Virus record (IMG/VR): IMGVR_UViG_3300046788_000223
Span: 1 to 56,323 of that record
Direction: 5' to 3' (one strand)
Length of the DNA: 56,323 nucleotides
DNA from: a virus
Position numbers and translations under genes: made by a program. Positions 50,856 through 56,323 of the stretch are shown here, in pieces. The first letter of the stretch is position 1. The number at the start of each line of letters is the position of its first letter. The notes beneath the pieces are model-generated. The model did not search any database and was not told where the DNA came from. It saw only the letters and a program-made list of their open reading frames with translations.

Positions 50856-51221
50856 ATGGCCGAGACTGAGCGCCGTTATATGAGCGAGCCAGACGCAGCC
50901 AAATATATTGGCCTGAGCGAGCGAGCATTAAGGAGCCTGCCAATCCCGGTCTGTCGCCCGAACCGGCGCAAGCTGTATGATGTGCGGGATCTGGACGCCT
51001 ACATGAGGGGATCGAAATGCCTACCGTCTACCGTCGTCGCAACGCGGACGGCACCCAAGCGGAAACGTTCACGGCAGACGTTTGGGTCGGCGGCAAAAAG
51101 TTTTCGCGAGGCACTGGCAAGACAACCCGCAGGGATGCCGAAAAACGGGCCAGCGAAATCGAGTCAGAAATCCGACAAGAACTCGCCCGCAGATACGAGC
51201 CCCTTACCCTCGACGGGATGA
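50856..51221 (+). CDS. xis-like: Excisionase / AlpA-like HTH protein (the C-terminal tail overlaps int)
   Basis: MSEPDAAKYIGLSERALRSLPIP...RKLYDVRDLDAYM fits the MerR-like excisionase pattern. The frame stays open to 51221, which is 205 nt into int. Confidence 0.5.
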   Translation: MAETERRYMSEPDAAKYIGLSERALRSLPIPVCRPNRRKLYDVRDLDAYMRGSKCLPSTVVATRTAPKRKRSRQTFGSAAKSFREALARQPAGMPKNGPAKSSQKSDKNSPADTSPLPSTG

Positions 51222-52147
51222 TGGCGAAATACTGGGAGGAGCACGCCGGCCCCCTCCCGTCAGCCAAGAGCGTCAAATATCACATTGAACGCCTGCTCGA
51301 GATCATCGGTCGCGACAAGCCGCTGGCCGAGCTCGGCAACGCCGACGTTAACCGTTATGTAACGACTAGATCCAGGATGCCCGTCAGCCGGGCAACCATC
51401 AATCGCGAATTGGACGTGCTCCAGTCCGCCTACTGCATGGCGCGGGATCGGTGGGAGCACCCCGTTAGGGCCATTCGCTGGCGGGACCACCGCTTTCCTG
51501 CCGATGGCAAGAGGACAGCCACCCTGACGGTGGAGGAGGCCAGCAAGGCCGTCCGTTTAATGGACCCCAGGAGCCGCGACATGGCCGATGCCATTGAGCT
51601 GACGGTTTACACCGGGGTCCGCAAGAACGAGCTGGAAACCGTCACCAAGGGCCGCGTAGACCTAGCCAACCGGCGCATGACGGTCCTGGCCAAGCGGAAG
51701 GCTCGCCAGGGCTACCGCGAGCGGACCGTTTACCTGAACACGGCCGCCGTCGCGCTGCTGGCGGAGCGCATCAGTCCCGAGATGGACGATGACGCCTTCC
51801 TGTTCGATCTAAAGAACGATCGGAAGCTCTGGGAGTGGGTCAGGAAGGAAATTGGCCGGGAGGATGTCCGGTGGCATGACCTCCGCCATACCCACGGAAC
51901 ACTCCTGGGCAAGACGACGGACAACACGCGGATCATTCAGACCCAGCTCGGCCACAGCAACCCGTCAACGTCGATCAGGTACGTCCACACCGACCAGGCT
52001 CAAGTTGTAGAGGCAGTGGAGACGATACCGGCGCTGACCGAGCGGAAGGTCGTAAAGCTGCCCGATGCAGAAAAAGAGCCAAAACCACCAGTGGAAACCA
52101 CCAGCAGGTTACGTTTTCGACTGAGAACGCCCCGGAAACATCGATAA
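51017..52147 (+). CDS. int: Tyrosine integrase
   Basis: Arm-binding-type N-terminus. Catalytic motifs TGVRKNEL (R), WHDLRHTHGT (HxxR) and LGHSNPSTSIRYVH (Y). Confidence 0.9.
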   Translation: MPTVYRRRNADGTQAETFTADVWVGGKKFSRGTGKTTRRDAEKRASEIESEIRQELARRYEPLTLDGMMAKYWEEHAGPLPSAKSVKYHIERLLEIIGRDKPLAELGNADVNRYVTTRSRMPVSRATINRELDVLQSAYCMARDRWEHPVRAIRWRDHRFPADGKRTATLTVEEASKAVRLMDPRSRDMADAIELTVYTGVRKNELETVTKGRVDLANRRMTVLAKRKARQGYRERTVYLNTAAVALLAERISPEMDDDAFLFDLKNDRKLWEWVRKEIGREDVRWHDLRHTHGTLLGKTTDNTRIIQTQLGHSNPSTSIRYVHTDQAQVVEAVETIPALTERKVVKLPDAEKEPKPPVETTSRLRFRLRTPRKHR

Positions 52148-52170
52148 AATCGAGAGATCCTGAGCAATCC

Positions 52171-52216
52171 TCCGCATCTGTGTAAACGAAGCGCTCTACC
52201 GCTGAGCTAACCGCCC
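52171..52216 (-). other. attP core candidate: truncated tRNA-Val(UAC)-like segment (5' acceptor, D-arm and anticodon arm only)
   Basis: The minus strand reads GGGCGGT TA GCTCAGCGGTAGAGC G CTTCG TTTACAC AGATGCGGAGG. No T-arm or 3' acceptor strand follows. It starts 24 nt after the int stop. Confidence 0.6.
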
Positions 52217-52247
52217 ACGCCCAATGTTTTCAATGATATAGGTTGGC

Positions 52248-52282
52248 ACAGAACGGAACAGAATGGCGCCGAACATAGAATG
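52248..52282. repeat. Direct repeats next to the core (candidate integrase arm-type sites)
   Basis: ACAGAACGG (52248), ACAGAATGG (52258) and ACATAGAATG (52273). Confidence 0.3.
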
Positions 52283-52335
52283 AATCCACCAGCAATCACC
52301 ACCAGCGCGAGCGCCGTTCAAGCTGGCCATACAAC

Positions 52336-52464
52336 TCACCGATCAGGAACATGACCACCTAGCCCTGCGATGATCGCCTTTAGGTGCTCAATCTGCGCCT
52401 CGAGTTCCAGAATTCTCCCCTCGGCCTTGTCTAGACTAGCCTTGAGATCTTCCTCTGCACCCAC
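52336..52464 (-). CDS. Possible small coiled-coil protein (42 aa, GTG start)
   Basis: AAGGAG-N6-GTG. Sequence VGAEEDLKASLDKAEGRILELEAQIEHLKAIIAGLGG... Confidence 0.35.
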   Translation of the reverse strand: MGAEEDLKASLDKAEGRILELEAQIEHLKAIIAGLGGHVPDR

Positions 52465-52480
52465 GTTACGCTCCTTTGTT

Positions 52481-52501
52481 ATTGCCGAAATTCTCGGCAA
52501 T
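52481..52501. promoter_or_regulatory. 21-bp near-perfect palindrome ATTGCCGAAATTCTCGGCAAT
   Basis: Read directly from the sequence. 8-bp arms with one further mismatch. Lies in a 121-nt intergenic region. Confidence 0.55.
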
Positions 52502-52535
52502 TCAGTGTGTAAGGAATTCTTAAGGTTGCCACTGC

Positions 52536-52574
52536 ACTTGACCTAACTTGACCAAGTCGGGGGTGAACTTGACG
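52536..52574. repeat. Three direct ACTTGAC(C/G) repeats
   Basis: Copies at 52536, 52546 and 52567. Each contains a TTGAC -35-like core on the plus strand. Confidence 0.5.
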
Positions 52575-52585
52575 TTCCCTGACGC

Positions 52586-52765
52586 TCAAGATTGAGTCCG
52601 CTTGCGCTTATGCGCCTCTATGGTCTCGCGCATCTCGTTTAACCGAAGCACGTCATTTGAGACGATACGTTCCATGGCATCCACGAGAGCGTCCAACGGG
52701 GCGCCGGGCAGCTTGACGTTGTACTTGCGCAAAACCTCAATGATCCGTTCGCGTATGGGTGTCAC
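52586..52765 (-). CDS. Small hypothetical protein (59 aa, GTG start)
   Basis: AGAGGAG-N8-GTG. Sequence VTPIRERIIEVLRKYNVKLPGAPLDALVDAMERIVSNDVLRLNEMRETIEAHKRKRTQS. Confidence 0.5.
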   Translation of the reverse strand: MTPIRERIIEVLRKYNVKLPGAPLDALVDAMERIVSNDVLRLNEMRETIEAHKRKRTQS

Positions 52766-52778
52766 TGGGCGGGCTCCT

Positions 52779-53192
52779 CTACTTCTGTTCGATTTTCGTC
52801 AATGCCTCACAGAATTCGCAGCGCTCCTCGCCACGATACTCCGACGTGCCCCATTTTGGGTCTTTCCAATTCGCGCGCGCGTGGCCGCATGCGGCAGGGT
52901 TAGTGGCATTCACTATAGCAATCGCCAAGTCAGCCGGGCTCACTCTCAAGTGTCCCGCGAGTTGCCGAGCTAGATTTGCTATTTCGCTCGCCCAACCATT
53001 TCTCTCGAAGCCGATCACTTTGGCTCCGCAAATGGCGCCATCATCCATCGAGTAATCGATCTCAATGCCACGCGGTAGGCCGTCGCCCTCGTACTCCGTC
53101 GGCGCCCCGACCGTGATGTGCAGCACATCGACCGGACGGTCGTAGCTTACCCTCAGGGCGGGCACGTTTAGTTGTCTGAGTGAGGGAGCCAT
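52779..53192 (-). CDS. DUF2283-like N-terminal domain protein with a Cys/His-containing C-terminal extension
   Basis: LRVSYDRPVDVLHITVGAPTEYEGDGLPRGIEIDYSMDDGAICGAKVIGFE fits the DUF2283 pattern. Confidence 0.5.
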   Translation of the reverse strand: MAPSLRQLNVPALRVSYDRPVDVLHITVGAPTEYEGDGLPRGIEIDYSMDDGAICGAKVIGFERNGWASEIANLARQLAGHLRVSPADLAIAIVNATNPAACGHARANWKDPKWGTSEYRGEERCEFCEALTKIEQK

Positions 53193-53313
53193 AGCACTGC
53201 GTGTTTGCTCAGGTCAGTAAAGTCGCGCCTATAACCCCAACTTGCAACAGCTGGTTTCGGGTCCCCACCTGGATCTACAAATACGACAAAAGGATTTCCG
53301 GAATTTTGGCTCC

Positions 53314-53493
53314 TCAATTTGGCTTCGGTTTCGTCTCTAAAAATTTGAAAATGGAAGTCAAGGCTTGCTCCGGATCTCGTCGAAGAATGGCTCGCTTGAG
53401 TCCGTCCTGGAGGTCTCGGCTCCGGGTGCTCTTGCCAGTCGGATAGCAATACTCTCCCCAATGACATTGCTTGTCCTTGCACACGCTGCACAT
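53314..53493 (-). CDS. Small Cys-rich hypothetical protein (59 aa)
   Basis: GAGGAGG-N5-ATG. Sequence MCSVCKDKQCHWGEYCYP... The overlapping track ORF 53168-53491 is less well supported. Confidence 0.45.
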   Translation of the reverse strand: MCSVCKDKQCHWGEYCYPTGKSTRSRDLQDGLKRAILRRDPEQALTSIFKFLETKPKPN

Positions 53494-53503
53494 GCGGGCC
53501 TCC

Positions 53504-53689
53504 TCACTTAGACAGTCGATTTTGGAAAGCCGTAACCACTTCCGCGATGAAGTCATCGCCAGCGCTTGGAATCGGGTAAGGAAGTTCACCATCCCGAAAC
53601 GTGGACACATCAACTGCCGCTAGGACGGCCAAGACCTCGACGGCTTTCGGTAGTTGTCGCAGAGCATCCTCCGCCTCATCGACCGTCAT
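53504..53689 (-). CDS. Small acidic hypothetical protein
   Basis: GAGGAA SD. 61 aa. Confidence 0.5.
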   Translation of the reverse strand: MTVDEAEDALRQLPKAVEVLAVLAAVDVSTFRDGELPYPIPSAGDDFIAEVVTAFQNRLSK

Positions 53690-53701
53690 TTGGTCGGTTC
53701 C

Positions 53702-53941
53702 TCATGTTTCGTTGGATTTTTTGAAATCTCGATGCGACGCCTCTGCGGCGTTTGCGGCATCCATTAGCGCTACGCCTAACCGCCGCGCTTCGTCGGGATC
53801 TAGGTAGACGCTCACGTCGACTAGGTTGCTGTCGAGCGTCAGCGTTAGCTTTGGGGCGTAGCCGCCATAGCTATACGAGACGGATGCATCAAAATCGCAC
53901 TCGCCAAGGTTGACGCGCCCAGCTTCCTTTGAGATCTCCAC
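53702..53941 (-). CDS. Hypothetical protein (GTG start)
   Basis: TAGGAG-N5-GTG. 79 aa. Confidence 0.5.
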   Translation of the reverse strand: MEISKEAGRVNLGECDFDASVSYSYGGYAPKLTLTLDSNLVDVSVYLDPDEARRLGVALMDAANAAEASHRDFKKSNET

Positions 53942-53949
53942 GGCCGCTC

Positions 53950-54102
53950 CTATCTTGACAGCTCATTGAACTGACGTTTCAGGTCCTCGATCTGGGCGGC
54001 GATAAGCTTTAGAGCCTCTGCTCGGCTCGCGTTCAAAACGGTAGCGTAAGCCGTCGTTAGGCCATCGATCACCCCAGCAATACGCGCCTGCGTCTCAGTC
54101 AA
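53950..54102 (-). CDS. Small helical protein (50 aa, TTG start)
   Basis: AGAGGAG-N8-TTG directly after the upstream stop. Confidence 0.35.
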   Translation of the reverse strand: MTETQARIAGVIDGLTTAYATVLNASRAEALKLIAAQIEDLKRQFNELSR

Positions 54103-54115
54103 CGGCCTCGCTCCT

Positions 54116-54292
54116 CTACTTCTGCTCGGGTTTCGACAATACCGCATAGAGTTCGCGATCATGCGTGCTCGCAACCTGCTTGGGATCGCTGCCCCAGATC
54201 CAATTCCGATGTTTGCGAATTGCGGCCTCAAGCTCCGCGATGCGCTTATCTTGCGATGCGGCGAGCCGTTTCCAGTCTCGGTCAGTCGGCAC
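54116..54292 (-). CDS. Small hypothetical protein (58 aa, GTG start)
   Basis: GAGGAG lies 10 nt upstream. Contains a RIAELEAAI coiled motif and ends ...EQK, like ORF 52779-53192. Confidence 0.4.
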   Translation of the reverse strand: MPTDRDWKRLAASQDKRIAELEAAIRKHRNWIWGSDPKQVASTHDRELYAVLSKPEQK

Positions 54293-54306
54293 CCTCTTCG
54301 CGCTCC

Positions 54307-54492
54307 TCAATTGACAATGGGTTCTATCAGGCGGAACCCTCGCTCGCATGTCCACTTAGCCGCCATGCATTCAACCAACGGTTTGGTTGTGTGCCAGTTT
54401 GACTGGCGCACCACTTCGCATTGCTGGCGGCTCATCGGCACATAGCTGATAGCTTGTGCGTTCCAGATGATCGCCGCGAATACGATTTCCAT
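54307..54492 (-). CDS. Small hypothetical protein with a hydrophobic N-terminus
   Basis: TAAGGA SD. 61 aa. Confidence 0.45.
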   Translation of the reverse strand: MEIVFAAIIWNAQAISYVPMSRQQCEVVRQSNWHTTKPLVECMAAKWTCERGFRLIEPIVN

Positions 54493-54501
54493 ATGGCATC
54501 C

Positions 54502-54705
54502 TTAACTAGCGCTTAGCGCACGCTTGATCGCATCTATGATCGCCGCTTTGCTGCTGTCGCCCCAACACGTCGTGGCAACCAACCCGCCAGCTTGCCAACG
54601 ATCAGTGCGCAAATGCACATCTGGGTCAGCTAGCGCCTCGATAAACTCGTGCACGGAGTCGCATGGTGGCCTTGCTTTCTCCATGGCGTCACTTCGACCA
54701 TTCAT
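54502..54705 (-). CDS. Small hypothetical protein
   Basis: AAGGAGAG SD. 67 aa. Confidence 0.5.
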   Translation of the reverse strand: MNGRSDAMEKARPPCDSVHEFIEALADPDVHLRTDRWQAGGLVATTCWGDSSKAAIIDAIKRALSAS

Positions 54706-54716
54706 TTTTTCTCTCC

Positions 54717-54872
54717 TTAACTGACAAGGCCAATCAATTGCTTGGCGCGATGACGAACACTGTCGCTAACACTGCCTTCTGGGGCGAAAGCGATGGCCCT
54801 CAGGAAGCTCTCAAGCTCCGCGATGCGCTCGCGCAGGTTCTTTATTAGGTCGCGCTGTTCGTCGCAGGTCAC
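54717..54872 (-). CDS. Small hypothetical protein (51 aa, GTG start)
   Basis: AAGGAG-N5-GTG directly after the upstream TAG. Contains a RIAELESFL motif. Confidence 0.4.
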   Translation of the reverse strand: MTCDEQRDLIKNLRERIAELESFLRAIAFAPEGSVSDSVRHRAKQLIGLVS

Positions 54873-54885
54873 AGCGGCTCCTTTG

Positions 54886-55194
54886 CTATGCAGCCCGCAG
54901 CGCGTCGCGCGCGCGGTCGATGAACTCTCGCTCAAGAACGCCCTTGTTGTCTTCCCAGCGGCCTATGACGCCAAGGAGAGCAATCGTCATCCGCTCCATT
55001 TTGCGGGCGGCAGCCGCCGCCCCGATTCCATCAAGGAGGTCCGCAGCGGTGTTGTTGATCTGGCTGATGGCGCTAGCGCTGTTGACGTATGGCCACTCGG
55101 TCTTGGATTCCATGAGGTACTTGCTATGAGCACGCAGGAACTTGGCGCACATATCCGCGTCCGGCACGTGTCGCCCGTCGTGATCGAATGGCAT
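54886..55194 (-). CDS. Hypothetical protein (start re-set to MPFDHDG)
   Basis: AAGGGG SD. 102 aa. Confidence 0.5.
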   Translation of the reverse strand: MPFDHDGRHVPDADMCAKFLRAHSKYLMESKTEWPYVNSASAISQINNTAADLLDGIGAAAAARKMERMTIALLGVIGRWEDNKGVLEREFIDRARDALRAA

Positions 55195-55224
55195 AGCCAC
55201 CCCTTTGTTGTGCGTCACACGCGA

Positions 55225-55245
55225 GTTACGGGAAATTCCCGTAAC
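55225..55245. promoter_or_regulatory. Perfect 21-bp palindrome GTTACGGGAAATTCCCGTAAC
   Basis: Read directly from the sequence. It lies between the methyltransferase stop (55279) and the next start (55194). Confidence 0.6.
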
Positions 55246-55278
55246 GCTCCTCCGTTGTGCGGTCCTCAACCGCTCTGC

Positions 55279-56076
55279 TTACTGATCGAACACTAGCACG
55301 TCTTCGACGTTGACCATGCCGGTTCGGCCCTGTCGTTTCCCGCGATCCGCGTTGAAGCGCGCCCACAGGGACGGCTTGGCCTCGAAGCCGTGCCGCTCCG
55401 TCAAGCGCCACCCGACCGACTGAGCCATGAGTATCGTGTCGAGGTCTAGGCGCAACTCCACGCCGAGGCGCATCCAGTTCTTGGTGACCACGATCATCCG
55501 GTCGCATTGGGTGCACAGGGCGCCGTACACGTCAGTCATCTGCGCGCGGTAGCGCAAGATCGCATTCACGCCACCGGGGTTGCCGATGGCGGCCGGATGG
55601 TCGCTGTTGTAACAGTCACGGAACCCGACAACCGGGCCGCGCTTGGCGTCGTCGTGCGCGTTGGGCACGCACCTGTCAGTACGCGGGTAGTATGGCGGTG
55701 AGAAGATGCACGCATCGCGCTTCCATGGGATGTCCGTCGCCGGTCGGTAGGTGACGGTGCATCCGCGCCGCGCGAGCGGCTGCAAGAACTGTGACATACC
55801 CCTATCGATGTCGTTTAGGGCGACCGTGGGCAGTCCGGTCTCCCACGCCAGTGTCCCTGTGCCGGCCATAGGGTCGCCCACGTGAACGGTGCCTGCGATC
55901 TTGACTAGCTCGGTAGCGAGACCCGGCGGAAACTTCGCGCGATGGTGCTGCGAGCCCGGTATTTTCACGCCTTTTGAGGCGTCTAGCGCCAAGTCGCAGA
56001 CGTGCTCGCGCAGCGCGGCCGGGATGCTCGCGCACTCCGCTTCCGTCCGCAGATGCTTAGGCACGGGCGACACCAC
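55279..56076 (-). CDS. Orphan DNA methyltransferase (N6-adenine or N4-cytosine type)
   Basis: Motif I VGDPMAGTGT precedes motif IV IFSPPYY. TGAGGAG-N7-GTG start at 56076 (the track start is 56109). No adjacent nuclease-sized ORF. Confidence 0.7.
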   Translation of the reverse strand: MVSPVPKHLRTEAECASIPAALREHVCDLALDASKGVKIPGSQHHRAKFPPGLATELVKIAGTVHVGDPMAGTGTLAWETGLPTVALNDIDRGMSQFLQPLARRGCTVTYRPATDIPWKRDACIFSPPYYPRTDRCVPNAHDDAKRGPVVGFRDCYNSDHPAAIGNPGGVNAILRYRAQMTDVYGALCTQCDRMIVVTKNWMRLGVELRLDLDTILMAQSVGWRLTERHGFEAKPSLWARFNADRGKRQGRTGMVNVEDVLVFDQ

Positions 56077-56087
56077 GCTTCGGCTCC

Positions 56088-56312
56088 TCAGTTGCCGCGC
56101 CACGCACATGCAAATGCATCGACCTCGGCGCCGTTCTTGTCGAACGCCCTAGCAACGCGACACGTCGACCCCACTAGATAGATGTCTGTGTATCCGTCTC
56201 TCTGTAGGGCGGCGATGGCGCGCGAGGCGGAAATTCGCGTGTCATACATGTAGGCCACAAGCAGCGAGAGAGCGGCGATCAAGACGATTTCAAGTCGTGT
56301 CAGCCCCAGCAC
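56088..56312 (-). CDS. Small membrane-anchored protein
   Basis: 74 aa. N-terminal TM segment LEIVLIAALSLLVAYM. In the circular molecule it directly follows ORF 126-761. Confidence 0.5.
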   Translation of the reverse strand: MLGLTRLEIVLIAALSLLVAYMYDTRISASRAIAALQRDGYTDIYLVGSTCRVARAFDKNGAEVDAFACAWRGN

Positions 56313-56323
56313 TCGCGCCTCCT
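56197..56323. repeat. Terminal direct repeat, copy 2
   Basis: Identical to bases 1-127. It duplicates the 5' part of ORF 56088-56312. Confidence 0.95.

Larger units (their letters stand above)
1..56196. mobile_element. Complete temperate phage genome or excised prophage, circular; gene content looks podovirus-like
   Basis: There is an exact 127-bp terminal overlap. Integration, immunity, replication, packaging, head, fibre and lysis modules are all present. No tape-measure, sheath or tube genes were recognised. Confidence 0.85.

Noticed and set aside
52141-52216. Intact tRNA gene
   Set aside because: Only the 5' acceptor strand, D-arm and anticodon loop are present. The 3' anticodon stem is disrupted. 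There is no T-arm and no complementary 3' acceptor strand.
53168-53491. 107-aa ORF overlapping the 59-aa Cys-rich ORF
   Set aside because: It has no SD at its start, and its N-terminal two-thirds overlap the better-supported 53314-53493 frame. Only its last roughly 48 codons (from the TTG near 53320) might be a separate small gene. This is unresolved.
55279-56109. Type II restriction-modification system
   Set aside because: A methyltransferase is present, but the neighbouring ORFs are 50-100-aa proteins with no nuclease motif that I can recognise. It is treated as an orphan methyltransferase.

Overview
The window is one complete, circularly closing genome of a temperate phage or excised prophage. 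Bases 1-127 repeat exactly at 56197-56323, so the unique length is 56196 bp. The DNA looks GC-rich by eye. The host is most likely an alphaproteobacterium, because the phage carries a GcrA-family regulator and an Omp25/Omp31-type beta-barrel gene.

Layout:
- Integrase, an excisionase-like gene and a tRNA-Val-like attP core lie at 50.8-52.3 kb.
- A CI-like (HTH + S24) repressor and a divergent Cro-like gene lie at 45.6-46.6 kb, with shared operator palindromes.
- A rightward early operon (46.8-50.9 kb) carries an Erf-like annealase, an HNH nuclease and many small ORFs.
- One very long leftward operon runs from 45.9 kb to 3.0 kb. In order it holds: the GcrA-like regulator, a DUF1376 replication protein with internal iterons, the outer-membrane-protein moron, a NusG-like factor, an RHH protein, terminase, portal, scaffold, major capsid, a glycosyltransferase/Maf-like island, fibres, large internal-virion-type proteins, a GH108 endolysin, an ART-like protein and spanins.
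- An accessory leftward operon of small ORFs, an orphan DNA methyltransferase and a resolvase-like gene sits on the other side of attP (52.3-56.3 kb, continuing to 126-761).

No tape-measure, sheath or tube genes were recognised, so the virion is inferred to be podovirus-like.

All family calls come from motif recognition by eye on the supplied translations and DNA. No database or profile search was run. Many starts were re-chosen using SD-like sequences and stop/start overlaps, because the ORF track appears to use ATG, GTG and TTG starts.

The strongest candidates for something new are:
1. The soluble glycosyltransferase + methyltransferase-Maf island inside the virion operon.
2. A stand-alone PARP-like ART-fold protein inside the lysis cassette.
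3. The attP-proximal accessory operon.
4. The GcrA-like and NusG-like host-transcription hijack pair.
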